A DNA stretch of 64,000 nt from Camelus ferus. Its lineage: Eukaryota. This document shows, piece by piece, positions 51,300 through 63,810 of this stretch. Location of the stretch: the NCBI RefSeq assembly GCF_009834535.1, contig NC_045696.1, positions 115,570,001 to 115,634,000 on the forward strand. Direction: 5' to 3'. Within the stretch, counting starts at the first letter, position 1, and the number at the start of each line of letters is the position of its first letter. The position numbers were made by a program, and so were the translations under genes. The notes under the pieces are model-generated. The model was given only the letters and a program-made list of their open reading frames with translations, did no database searches and was not told the origin of the DNA.

Positions 51300-54200
51300 T
51301 GTTCTGTAGGTAGTTTTCTGTTTCACCCTTATGTACATGATTCATTTTGGTTAATTTTTTGGATAAGTTATAAGACTTTGATCAAGATTCATCTTTTATG
51401 TGTGTGGCCTGTGGGTGTTCGTTTTTTGACAAGACCTTCATTCCTTCACCACTCCTTTGTTTGCGCCTGCCTTTGTAACTTGTCACACATCACTTGAGTC
51501 TAGAATTGAGTTCTCTATTTAAGGTCCACACAGCCTTCCATACCTACTATATAGGTATATAGCAAATCTTGAAATTGGGAAAAAGAGATTCGTCTCATTT
51601 TACCCTTTTTTCCAAAATTGCTTTAGTCTAGTCTTTGCCTTTACCCACAAATTTTAGAATAAGCTTACCTATATCTGCAAAAATTGTTGCTGAGATTTTG
51701 AGAGGCATCATTGTAAACTTACACTTTTTTATAGGAATTCGCATCTTTACTATGTAGTTTCCCCATTCATGAATTAATTATTTCTCCATTAATTAAGATT
51801 TTCTTTGATTTTTTTCCATCAGATTTGTGTAGTTTCAACACACATGGTTTTTTGGACTTCCCTCTATTTCATTTTCTTTTAAATGGTTGTAAGTTTGAAA
51901 TGGTTAAAAATTATTTACAAATAATTTTTAGTTTCTATGTGATCATTGTGTTTCTTTTTTATTTCTTTTTTTTTAAAAAAAAATTTTTTTTGCTTGTTTT
52001 ATTTCTTTATTTTTTAATTGAAGTGTAGTTGATGAACAAAATCATGTAAGTTCCAGGTGTAGAATATAGTGATTTGCAATTTTTAAAGGATACATGCCAT
52101 TTATAGTTATTATAAAACATTGGTTATATGCCCCGTGTTGTACAATATATCCTTGTAGCTTATTTTATGCCTAACAGTTGGTACCTCCCACTCCCCTACT
52201 CCTGTGTTTCCCCCACCGTATTTCTAGTGTGTAGAAATACAATTGACTTTTCATACATCAAAATTTGATAGCTTATCGTGCATCCTGTAACCCAGCTGAA
52301 TTCACTTAGTTCTATTTTTTTGGCTGCTTCCTACATACATTCTGCACAGAACATTATGTCCCCTGCAAATAGGGACAGTTTTAAGTATTTATTTCTAAGC
52401 TGTGTGCTCTTCCTCCCTCCCTCCCTCCCTCCCTCCCTCCCCTCCTTCCTTCCCTGGCTAGAACTTCCAGCGCTAAGTGTGGTGACATGGATTTATCTGC
52501 CTTGCTCCTGAGCTTATTAAGTCTTTAATCATTGAGAAAACGTGAGCTCTAGGGTTTTCATAGACGCTTTTTTCAGGGTGAGGATGTTTTTCTCCTTTCC
52601 TATGTTCCTGGAAGACTTCCTCATGACTGTTACATTTTGTCACGTTCTTTACTGCTGGAGTTGATTGGATCATGTAATTTTTCTTTAATCTGCTAACAGG
52701 GAGGATTACATTGTTTGATTTTTGAATGTTGACCCAACCTTGCATCACTGGAATAAGCCCCACTTGGTCATAAAGTGTAAATAATTCTTTGAATGTATTT
52801 TTGAATTCTATGTCTAACATTAAAAAATGTTTTGCATCATCATTTATGAAGTTTTCCCATTCTATATTGTTTTTGTAGAGTTTTGGTGTCAGGATAATAG
52901 TCATTTAAAAATTTGTATAGAGAAATGTTCTCTTCTTTTCTATTTTCCAGAAGAGCTTGTGTGGAATTGATGCTAATGTTTGAAAGGTTTGGTAGAATTC
53001 TCCAGTGGAACCATCTGGGCCTGGAGATTTCTCTTTTGGAATTTTTAAGTTATGGATTCAATTTCCTTAATAGTTATAAGTCTACTCGGGTAACCTATTG
53101 TATATTGAGTGAGTCTGCTAGCTGTGCTTTTCCAAGGAACTGGTCCATCTCATCTAAGTTGTTAACTCCACCTGCATAGTGCTGTCTGTAGTAGACCTTC
53201 ATTATTATTATTATTATTACTTTGGATGCCCATAAGTTCATGTGTTGTGTAAAACTCTTACCTCCCTTTATGTCATTTTACCCTCCCTGTTTATAATATA
53301 ATTTTCTTTTTTTTAATTGAAGTAGAATCAGTTCACAATGTTGTGTCAATTTCTTGCATACAGGATGATGTTTCAGTCATACGTATACATACATACACTC
53401 ATTTTCATATTCTTTTTTGTAATTTTCTTAAATACTTCCTCTGCCCACATTCAGAACCACCCTGTACAGTGATATTATTAATTCTTCATTATTATTTTTA
53501 CTTCTAAGGCAAATGTGATTAGAAAACAAGGGCAGAAAAAAAGTTGATTGTACTTATCAGTATTTCTGTTCGCTGGATTCTTTCTGTTATCAGAGGGCAG
53601 GCTCTTGTCGCAGACAGAATTCAGAAACGAGACACAGAAGGTGAGAAAGCAAAGCAAGGATTTATTAAGGGACAGGTAGGAGGCTCTCAAGGGAAGAGTG
53701 GACAGACCCGGGTGAGTAGCTGCCCCAAGTTTCTTGGCAGGCTGGTTAGATGGGTTTAAAAATGAATAGGAGGGGGGAACTTTGGGTCCTCTTTCCTGAT
53801 CTTCATCCCAGCTCCACCTCCCCAAGGGAAGGAGGGATTTTTTTTGTCCTTATTTAGTCTTGCTCAGGAAGTGGGATGAGGTCATCACGAGCAAAAGGTT
53901 ACAATCAAATGAGGGAATAATGAGTGAAAGGCTACATTTGGATGGTGGAGATTCCTCGCCCCATCCGTCTTTGCCTCCAGGACACTTGTCAACCCAAAAT
54001 GCACGGTTTCTTATCAGTCCAGAGGCTCCTGCTTCTGTTGCTCTAATTCCTCTCTCTGTCCCCACCCCCAGTCTGCTTTTGAGCCGTCCATTAACATTTT
54101 TATTTTGGTTAATTGCATTTTCCAGTTTTAAAACTTTCATTTACTTCTTCTTTATATCTTCTATTTCTTTGCTGAGAGTTTTTTTTTTACAACTTTGCTG

Positions 54201-55240
54201 AAACTTTCTGTTTTTTTTTAAAAATTTGTTACCAGTGTTTGAAATGTCTCATTGAAGCATTTTTATAATGACTCCCTTTAAATTTTGTCAGCTAATTCGA
54301 ACATTTCTAGTATCTTGAGGTTGGTGTCTATTGATTGTCTTGTTTTCAATCAGTTTGTGATCTTCCTGTTCCCGGTATGATGTGTGATTTTTTTCTTTAT
54401 TAAAACCTGGCCACTTTGGGTACTAAGCTCCTTCTTCAGCTTGGTTCCTCTGACACTGTGTGGAGTGGGGCAGGGAGGGAGGGGGCGCCGAAGCTCAGGT
54501 GGCCAGCTCTGCCTCCGCTGCCACTTGTAGGTGAGGGGCTTACTCATTACTGAGCAAATGCTGCTCCTCCCCACTAAAAGTTTACACTGAGAACTTTCTG
54601 GTTGGAAAAGGCAGGAATGTCTTATTACTCATCTTATGAGGCCTCCACTGACATGGGAGGCAGATGCAACTGTCACTGGACGGTGACTCTGCCTTAGACC
54701 CCCTGTGACACCGCCCCATGGGGGACTGGGAGCTGTGCTTGATGTATGTGGAAACCCACGGTGTCTACTGACTCCCCATGAGGAAGGGAATCAGCGGTGG
54801 GGGTGAGATTGCTGGCTCTCTACCCTGACCTCCCTGAGACCGCGCTGACAGTGGGAGGCTAGGCTGCCCACTGCGGTTGGTGGGGTGACAATATTTTTTC
54901 CATGGTGTTTGGTTTAAATAGAGACGTGTTGTCTAAGGTGTTCTCTCTTCTCAGGTCACCCTCTTCTGGTCCTTTAAGCAGTGAGTTCTGACTTGTTGGG
55001 GCTGTTTTTATTTGTGGGCATTTCTGGATGGTCAGCTTCTTTAGTTTCCAGGCAGAAAGAAAACCCAGAGAAGTCAGTACCTTACCATTCCTTCGGTCTC
55101 AAGACCCCTAGCCAATCTATCTTCTCTCTACTTTTCAGAGTTTGTCTACGTTTATCATATCTATAATACCCAAGATTTTTGCTTGTATTTAGTGGGAGAA
55201 ATTGGGAAAATTATGTCTGTTCTCAGAAGCAGAAATCCTT
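51300..55240 (-). mobile_element. Old fragmented L1 with nested younger L1 3' ends (~51960-52215, ~53310-53420) and an LTR
   Basis: ORF 52473-52904 is L1 RT-like (DQVGLIPVMQGWVNIQKS); antisense L1 motifs throughout. Confidence 0.88.
53585..54096 (-). mobile_element. Solo ERV1-type LTR, same family as 11834-12479
   Basis: Shared blocks gaattcagaaacgagacac, ggatttattaaggg, cctccaggacacttgtca; TG...CA termini. Confidence 0.88.
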
Positions 55241-56733
55241 ACCTAAGAATTCTGTTACTCGGCCACACCCAGCCCAGCAGGGCAAGCAGGGGCAGCTGGA
55301 AGATGGTATGTCTTGCCCTAAGCTCTGCTTCTGAACAAAGGTGGATGCTCCCACCTGCAGAATCAAGGGGAGATGTGGAATTCAAGGCCTCCCTAGTCTC
55401 TGCCTATCTTCCCTCTCTCCGACCCACTCTGCCATTTTGAAACTACACACCATCTTCCAAAGTGAGCTGCTCCAGAGCAAAAAGAGGAACAAGAAGAGAC
55501 ACAGGTCTAGAAGTCCTGCTTCCTGACGGCCTCCATCCCCTGAAGGGGGTTATGTGGCTTCCTCCTCCTGCAGGACCTCTCATTCCCATGAGGAACCACA
55601 AATGAGCATGACTTATTGGAGATGCAGGGTCAGCCAGCCCATCCACCTGCCCTGTGGGAGGCCTGATTTTATTACCACTAACCAGACTTGATGGACGGAC
55701 GTCAAGCCAGCCCCGGATTCCTTTACAAAGGAAGCCGTGTAGCATGACTTAGCAGGTTGCTCATTTATTCTGGCTGAGTTGTCACTGGGTTTGATTTTTA
55801 GTGACGCCAGCTAATAGAGACAATAACAAGGAGGTAAAGACACCAGGAGGGGGCCTGGAGTCTGTCATTCAGAGAGGACTTGAGGGAAAGAAAATAATGG
55901 TCCCCTGGCCTTTAAATGGGAAGAAGTTCCCAGTCGGGATCGGTAAGGGTGGGGAAGGCATGCACAGATCATACTCGGTCGTACACACACTCCCCACCTT
56001 GGCATCCTCTTTCTTCAGCACTCTGCATTGGCATCATGTTTACCTTCCTCACCTCGAAGGGGGTTTGTGGGGCTGAAATGAGGTACTGTGTCTACTCCTC
56101 CAAATCTGAGTAGAATCCTTACAGTTGCCAAATTTGCCTCAGTCCATGCCTCCTCTCTGTCCTCTCTGCTTTCCCATCTTTCTCCCCCTTACACGTCCAT
56201 TCAGGGCACAAAGAAGAAAGCAAAGAGGCAAAGAAATTCTGGAATCCATGGGGTAGAAAAATGAATGCATGAAATAGGGCTTGCAATGCCAGTTTTGGTT
56301 TTTCATCATAAACCCCGCTGTCCTGGGAGCAGAAGAGGATGGGGAGGGCATGGGTGAAAAGAGGGATGGAGGTTAAGACAGGAAATTTCATCCATTCACA
56401 GACTATGTGTTAATCAGTAAATGCCAGGCTCTATTCTAGGCATTGGAATAAAAATGTGTATGTGGTCTGGTCCTCCACAGGACTCTTGTATAGACGTCTA
56501 GACAATGAAGCAAGTAACACTGACACGATGTGAGTATTATCAGAGAGAATTAAGGAAGTGTCTCTGAATACCTAGCACTCTTAACTGCTCAGATGCTGAG
56601 GAAAGGAAAATCTCCCTGACATGGTCATTCTCAAGCTGTCTTATAAAGGATGAGCAGGAGTTAAGGAAAGAGGGATAGGGGATACTGGCTGCAGGAAAGA
56701 TGAGGAGGGCAGTTTGTAGCATCAAAGATTTGC

Positions 56734-56791
56734 TCTGCTGTACACCAGAAATTGACACATTGTAATTGATGGTACTTCAATTAAAAAAAAA
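56734..56791 (+). mobile_element. ~60-bp L1 3' tail
   Basis: tctgctgtacaccagaaattgacacattgta plus polyA; TSD AAAGATTTGC. Confidence 0.85.
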
Positions 56792-57109
56792 AAAGATTTG
56801 CAATAGTTACTTGCTATTTTACCAATAGTAAGGACCTACTGGGAAAAAAAAAAAAAGAAAACAGACACACCAAATACAATTTGAAAGTAAAGTTTGATGC
56901 GTTTCAAGTTATCATAAGAATGTTTAGTCTTCAAGGGTTCCTTTGTAAGTTAGCAACATTTCATTTAAGAACAAGAATTCCATCAAATTGCCTCTGTTCT
57001 TAAAACTTCAGAGGCGCGATGCCTCAGAGGAAAGAAGGAAACTGTTTTTGTCTCTTGATTCCTTCACATGCGTGGTCTGCACAAGGCACCTGATGCCACG
57101 TTGACTCAC

Positions 57110-57160
57110 CTGCTTTCTTATTGGATTTGATAGGTCACGAGCCCTAGAATTCTCTCAAGA
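57110..57160 (-). pseudogene. Pseudo-exon E5 (LERILGLVTYQIQ*ESR)
   Basis: Consensus donor CAG|GTGAGT; long pyrimidine tract ending tttttcatac (AG>AC inferred). Confidence 0.6.
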
Positions 57161-57679
57161 GTATGAAAAAGCAGAACAGGGAGAGATCAAGAATATATTG
57201 GTGCACTGATGGCATCAAAGGAGTGGTGTTTATTCCTGCAATTGTACATGTTTAAATCCACTGGGATCCTGGTCCCGAATCTCTAATCACTGATCACAAA
57301 CCCCAGGCTCACTTCTGTATGCAGGAGATAGATATACGCTATTCTTGTTTGGTCCAAGTAGATTTTTTAAAGTCTTGGAATTTTACCCATATGTACTACA
57401 TGAATTCATTGCTTCTCTGTAAAAATCAGAAGACCTGGCTTTCTAGGTCCACATTTAGGCATCACAAAAGGGCAGGGAGTAAGGAGCCACCACCCTCTTT
57501 ATGCAGAGCCTGAGCTTGGCGTTTATCACCTCCCCATCTCCCTCTGTGTCCTTCTACCTGGTCTACGTTCCTGACCTCAAAAGACTTAGAATTCATGAAT
57601 TCTTAAATACACAAAGCACTTTAAAAATGTCACTCACTCAGTTTTGATGATGTACCTTATTTTGTGTTTCCCCAAGTAC

Positions 57680-58500
57680 AGGACCAAATACGTGAGTTTG
57701 GGTCCAAGATGTTCCTTGAGAGGTGACCCCAGGAAGCAATTGTAGGGGAGTGGAGACAGGGAAAGGAAGATTCCCCAGAAAGTTTGGGTAAATTGATAAC
57801 TTACTGCACGGAGCCACTTGGAATCTTCTATGGGGCCTTATAAAACATAATTGAAGATCTCAAGGATGGGCAAGAAAAGAACACTTATCCATCATTTCTT
57901 CTCCTTTATTGGTTGAGAACCATCCCTGGGAGCTAGTCACTCTCTTACATTTCCAGTCTTCTTCCTGTGCCTGAGCTGCTTGGTCGGGAAGTTGTAAATG
58001 CTTGTGAGAAGGTTCCACTGCAGCTGCAGATAGCCTCCCATTGGGCCAAGTGCAATGCATGAGCCAATAGCAGTTTCTGCTACAAAATGGTACTCCTTAA
58101 ATGGAATGTCGGTCCAAGTCCTTGAGAGCCAGACAATGAGATAAGATTAAGCATACAAAGATTTTATTAGAGGAAATACTTATGAGAGAAAATGGAAGGC
58201 TGGGAGAGCCAGGAGACCTCCATGCAGATCTGATCTTGAATGAGGAACAAGGCTTGGCTGCAAGGGTTACAGACTGCCAAGCCATCTAAGAAGGGTTTGG
58301 CAAAGCCGCTAGGAAGTCCTTGAGCCAAAATACATTGTCAGGGGAGTTCCAAGCCTTCCAGGAATGGACCTGCCTTAGTGTCCCTGCCATCTTGTTGGTG
58401 GCTGGGAGCCATCCTGGGAGGTGTGTTCTCTGCACAAATGTGATGACTCCAGAGCACAGCTCTAGTTCATTACCATCTTTACAGCTGAAAGTCTTCAAAA
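57680..58500 (-). mobile_element. Two old ERVL-type LTR remnants
   Basis: gaggtgaccccaggaagc...; aagattttattagaggaaatacttatgagag...ggaatggacctgccttagtgtccctg. Confidence 0.55.
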
Positions 58501-58579
58501 TGCATTCTGATGGCCACCACACATGGTAACAGAAATATGGCGTGGAGCACAACATCCAAGGATGGACAAGTGTTGATTC

Positions 58580-58732
58580 GTGGTGGCTTTCAACTTCTTG
58601 TTCAGTGACTGCTTTTTGGCCGCATGAAATTGGTTATGATGGAAATATTTGCAACACTGAAACTGACAAATGCTACAAATCACAGCATTCCCCCCCAAGA
58701 GCCTGTAGTTAAACACGTACTGGCACCCCACT
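58580..58732 (+). mobile_element. MER63-like hAT fragment
   Basis: gttcagtgac...aaatgctacaaatcacagc...gttaaacacgtactggcacccact. Confidence 0.55.
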
Positions 58733-58803
58733 AATAAAATCTGTATAAATATGTCACAGTGTGGTAGAACCAAAACCGCTGATCCTTCCCTTTTCAGTCT
58801 TAC

Positions 58804-58843
58804 TGAATTTCCACTTCATAAAAATAATTCCATATGGCTTCTT
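58804..58843 (-). pseudogene. Pseudo-exon E4 (KEAIWNYFYEVEIH)
   Basis: tttaccatttcag| acceptor, TCA|GTAAGA donor, open frame. Confidence 0.65.
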
Positions 58844-60405
58844 CTGAAATGGTAAATTCCACTCATTTATTTTTACCATCAAAGAGGCTACTCTTCCCTT
58901 TTTTGGTGAGGGGGGGGTCTTTTTTCTTTTTAAGGAACACATGGTGTTTTTATGTCAGTGTTTTATTTCTTTCTCGTCTGAAGGCTTACACTGGAAAGCA
59001 AAATCGTGGTTTGTTATTATTATGCCTGGCATTAAAATAATACCACTCTGTTGGGTTAATATGCCATCTCTAGATGCTATACTAGAGATAAAATTTAACC
59101 GTCAGTGAATGAAATAAGGCCTATTCAACCTAATTCTAGTTCAAACCTAGAGTGAGGGTCAGTTTAGATACCTGAATTCTATTCACCAAGTATGTTGCTC
59201 ACCCTTGAATTCCAGGGCACTGCAATGTTCTCCTTTCTATAGCTTAATTCCAATATGTATTCATATATATATATATAACACCATTAAAGCAATTTGAATT
59301 TTTGAGGAAAAAAAGGGCTTTATAAATAGCAAGCATTATTATTCATATTCAGAAATTTTGCCAACTCTCACAGCTTTCCTTGTGATTATCTGCCATTCCC
59401 AGTAACATTTTTAACATTTGATGTTATCATGTAATCATAATAGAGGAATAATAAACTTGGAAAAAAGTCGTAGAAATGTCTGTAGATTGTATTCTATCAT
59501 ATCATATAATTTAAAATTCATAAAGTCTACAAGATTGGTATAATTTGAGCTTATTTAAGAATACTCTGTCATTTTGGAGCAAACATTGTTTCTCATAAAA
59601 ATGAGGTATTTTATGAGGGTGTCACATTTTAAATACATACCCTGTTCAAAAGAGAAAAGAAAGTTAACATTTAGATGAGGTGGGACCCATCTGTCAGAGA
59701 TGCGTTGCTGAAACTAGAAGTACTCATTCTATTGAGAGCCTGGGGATCTCAACGGTGGGCGGGGCAGTGAGAGCAAGGATGGTCGAGGCAACTCCGGGGT
59801 CTGCTAGGAAAAAGAGGGTGCTGGCTACAAGGAGGGGTTCTGCTTCAACTTGGATCCTTGGACTATGCCAAGGGCTTAGTTTAAAAAAGTAAATAAAAAT
59901 TACGTGTATGGAGAAATCTGAGTTAATAATCCTAGCCAGTAGATCTATGGGGAATACAGAAAGATCGCTCAGTCCTCAAAATGATAGCTTCTTTCCTCAC
60001 TAGAGTTTCATTATGTTGAATCTTGAAGATTCTATCTTTGTAAATTTTCTTTTAAATTAAGTATATCCTTGAATTAGGGCCATTCTTCAAAAAAATTACC
60101 AGTAAATATTTTATTGATAATAAGCACATTAATTTCCAGTTAAGAATAGAAGATCAGGGCGTCACTGGCAGCTGTTTAGTGAGGGTAACAGGGTGACAGA
60201 GGGCTAACCTTGGGGTGGAGATTAGTGCACCGAGGGAGTGGAGCGGTCTGAATGAAGGTAATTAAAATATGGGAGAGGAACACACAGTTTGGTTTTATGT
60301 TTCTTGAATCACATCGTGCAAGCAAATTTGTTGATTTCTGGATTAAATTGGCTTCCTTTGCACATAATGGAGATCATATATTCATAATTGTCTGTTGTCT
60401 GTTTT

Positions 60406-60439
<34 letters not shown>

Positions 60440-60652
60440 GTTTCTGTGAGTTAAGGAATTTACATATATATTTTATATATACATACATACACAATTTATA
60501 TATACATACATATTATACACGGTATCTCTTGATTTTGCTAACCATTCCAGGTGGTACATATAGTTAATTCCATGTTACGGAAGAGATAGTTATGGCTCAG
60601 AGAGGTTGGGTTTCTTGCCTTATGTGAGATATTTGCATACAGAGTTGTCAAA

Positions 60653-60771
60653 CAAATAAACAACAAGGTCCTACTGTACAGCACAGGGAACTATATTTAA
60701 TACCTTGCAATAGTCTATAATGAAAAAAGAATATATATATATATATACACACACACACTTGTATGTATTTG

Positions 60772-60821
<50 letters not shown>

Positions 60822-60900
60822 GAATCACTCTGCTGCACACCAGAAGTTAACACAACATTGTAAATGGACTATACTTCGATACAAAAAGAAATATAAAATT
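60653..60900 (+). mobile_element. L1 3' end with (TA)n expansions
   Basis: caacaaggtcctactgtacagcacagggaac; imperfect TSD tacagaRYtgtcaaaca. Confidence 0.92.
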
Positions 60901-61380
60901 ACAGAACTGTCAAACACCAAAACCCTGTCTTAATCAGCATTGCTACATTGTCTTCCTCCTAGCAAATTGTTTAGTAAGAAGAGTCCTGAAGAAAAGTTAC
61001 TGTGTGATTTAATTAGTTTGGAAAGTGACACATATTACCATCCCTATGACCTTGACTAATTAGAAATAACACTGACATATTAAGGCTATGAGAAATCCCA
61101 TAATTTATTAAAAATAGAACGCCTTTGTATAACTCACCATTTCCTAAAGTTACAGGACCTCGGAATATTCATTGAAGAATGTCATCAGCTTCTGATGGAG
61201 CCAGGTTTCTGTAGAACATGACTGGATGTTGTGAATTAGGGAAAAATGACCTCGCCCTACATTTCCTTCCCTTCTCTTAATACACTGATGATTTTGCTAA
61301 AATTCCTTCTTGCTTGTTCACTGAAGGCTTTTAAGTTCACCATGGAATCCTGAATAGAGTTTAGCAAGATGATGCCTTAC

Positions 61381-61454
61381 TGTAAAGTCTTTTATGGGAA
61401 AGATGATCAATTGCTTGTCCTGGGAACTTGTTGCAGGCATCTGTCCCTTAGGAA
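61381..61454 (-). pseudogene. Pseudo-exon E3 (S*GTDACNKFPGQAIDHLSHKRLY)
   Basis: tttag| acceptor with a weak tract, ACA|GTAAGG donor; continues the frame into E4. Confidence 0.5.
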
Positions 61455-62554
61455 CTAAATTTGGATTTTGGGTCACCAGATGTTTAGCATTAGATTAGAT
61501 TTTAAAAATTTCATCATTTTTTAACTCTTCCTGGATTATATGCTTTATGCAGGCAGGGGCTAAGTTTTATTTCATTCACTACCATATAACCAGGATAATT
61601 CCTGGGCTGTTAAGGGCGACTGAATCAATATTTGTTGAATAAAATCTTGAATGATTTAACAACTCAGAAGTCACTTAAAAACTGAATATATTCTCAAAAC
61701 TAATCTCAACCATTAAAATTCAGGACGGTGGTTGTCCTTGGGGTGGGGGTAAGGAGTAGGAGCAGAAGGGAGCACGTGGAGCCTTCTGGAGTTCATAAAA
61801 TATTTGTTCCCTGTTCTATGTGTTGGTTACCTGAGTGTGCTCTATGTGTGAAAATTCATCAACCTGTGCATTTTTCCATACGTTTATTGTACTTCAATAA
61901 TATTCAGGGAATATATATGTGCTATCCAAAAGTAACCTAAGTTTTCATCCTTTTCATTGCACCACTCTGAAAATGTCAGGGCTCATAGATATGTAGAGCT
62001 CAGGAATTTATCAGCAAGCATTGATGGAGAGAAAGTAGAACATGGCTAAAACCTCATTTGGGTAAGCCATCCCTAGATGAACCTCGAAATGCAAAGATAT
62101 AATCATTGCCTTGGCTTGGGTTTTTCCATCCTATTTGGAAGAGTATTGCAAATTATGGTTCCCTGAATGCTTGGACTATAGACTAGAGAAGGGAAGTTAC
62201 CTCTACTGTAATTCAAATTTTTGGTTTTACCTGCACCACTTAATTTAGCCCATCCAATTGTTTTGAGTTGAATACTGTTATCTCTGTTTTACAAATGAAA
62301 ATACTGAGGCACAAAGGACTAAATTTATTGGTCCAAAGTCAAAGGGCAAGGGTGAGGTTTCAACTCAGACTCTCTAGTCTTAGAGACGCTGGCTGATGCT
62401 GTGCTGTCACGGAATCAACTCTCCTGTAGTGAGAGGCATCACTGTCTTAGATGAAAACAAACAAACAGAAAAGCAAAATAAAATAAATGAAGAAAAAAAT
62501 GCACAGTTCATCACAAATTGGATGACCAAAAACACCACGGTCCTAAGATTTTGA

Positions 62555-62932
62555 TTTACTTTTTTTTTTAAATTGAAGTACAGTCAGTTACAATGTGTCA
62601 ATTTCTGGTGTACAGCACACTGTCCCAGTCATGCAGATACACACATATATTCATTTTCATAGTCTTTTTCATTAAAGGTTTTTATAAGATATTGAATATA
62701 GTTCCCTGTGCTATACAGAAGAAATTTGTTTTTTATCTGTTTTTATATATGATAGTTAATATTTGCAAATCTCAGACTCCCAAATTTATCCCTTCCCTCC
62801 CTCTTTCTGCTGGTAAGATTGTTTACTATGATTGTTTACTATGTCTACAAGTCTGTTTCTGTTTTGTAGATGAGTTCATTAGTGTCCTCTTTTTAATTTT
62901 TTTCCTTTTAGATTCCATAAATGAGTGATATC
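62555..62932 (-). mobile_element. L1 3' end
   Basis: aattgaagtacagtcagttacaatgtgtc...tagattccataaatgagtgatat. Confidence 0.93.
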
Positions 62933-63329
62933 TTTGTTTAACATATGTGAATTCCATGGATTTGGCTTTTTAATTTTTACCATTTTTAATAATCCATAAT
63001 AAATACATGCAGATACGTAGTGTGTACTTCCCTCTGTTTTTATGCAAACCCAAATTATATATATATATGTGTGTTGTAAGTATTAGACAAATGAAATAGT
63101 CATAATTATCAGTCAACAAACAAGCGTTCTGTGAATTTCTTCAAACTGTGTTTAACCTTCCAAATTAGCCATATTCACAAAATTGAATAACATCCCCATC
63201 GTCTCCTTCTCTCTTTGTTTACAAGTAGCACGCATTAAAGTTAAAATTTTATATTTGTCAGCAAATGTCTCCTGTTGTTTGAATGGTACACATTTAGAAG
63301 AGAAGTAGGTTGGATAAAATATAGCTTAC

Positions 63330-63360
63330 TCCCATTTGGCCCAATCAGAAAGTGGAGCAA
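63330..63360 (-). pseudogene. Pseudo-exon E2 (VAPLSDWAKWD)
   Basis: Donor GGA|GTAAGC; pyrimidine tract tttctcttttattattg with the acceptor AG apparently mutated to TG. Confidence 0.5.
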
Positions 63361-63795
63361 CAATAATAAAAGAGAAACGTAAATTTGCTTTTTCTTAACG
63401 CATTTTGATAAAGCCTTGAAAAAGCAAGAGATCTTTCTCAGGTAAATTCTGGAAACAACTCTTTTAAATTGTGTCTTTTCTGCCTTGGAAATGTGAATCA
63501 GAAGTCAAAATCCAGATGCAGGTTCTGTTTTTACTTTATTTAAAAATATATATATATTGTTATTTAGTTGCTGAGTAAAATTTTTTTTAAGTGAGAGAAA
63601 TCAGTCAGTTCCAAAAGGTTCATTTAGTGTCTGACAATATTTCCCACACTTGCAGTGAACTATGCAGAAAAAGAGACTTGATTAGCATATGCCATTAATC
63701 ATTTAGGTAAAAGAAAAGGGGCCTTTCATTTTCAATGAGCAGGAACACAGTCGAAAATGAAGTCAAAACGAAGGGATGACGAGGAGCTTACTTAT

Positions 63796-63810
63796 CTCCT
63801 AGAATTAAGT
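63796..63810 (-). pseudogene. Pseudo-exon E1 (micro-exon, xLILG)
   Basis: Strong acceptor tttttttccccaaatcag; donor either mutated GAG|ATAAGT or GTAAGC 4 nt further on. Confidence 0.35.

Larger units (their letters stand above)
28951..63810 (-). pseudogene. Decayed multi-exon protein-coding gene (candidate unitary pseudogene), product unidentified; 5' end probably beyond the window
   Basis: Chain of ~17 minus-strand exons with polypyrimidine-AG acceptors and GTRAG-type donors, lying in non-repeat gaps. The spliced sequence is stop-poor in one frame over long multi-exon runs, with scattered stops and frameshifts. Confidence 0.78.
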
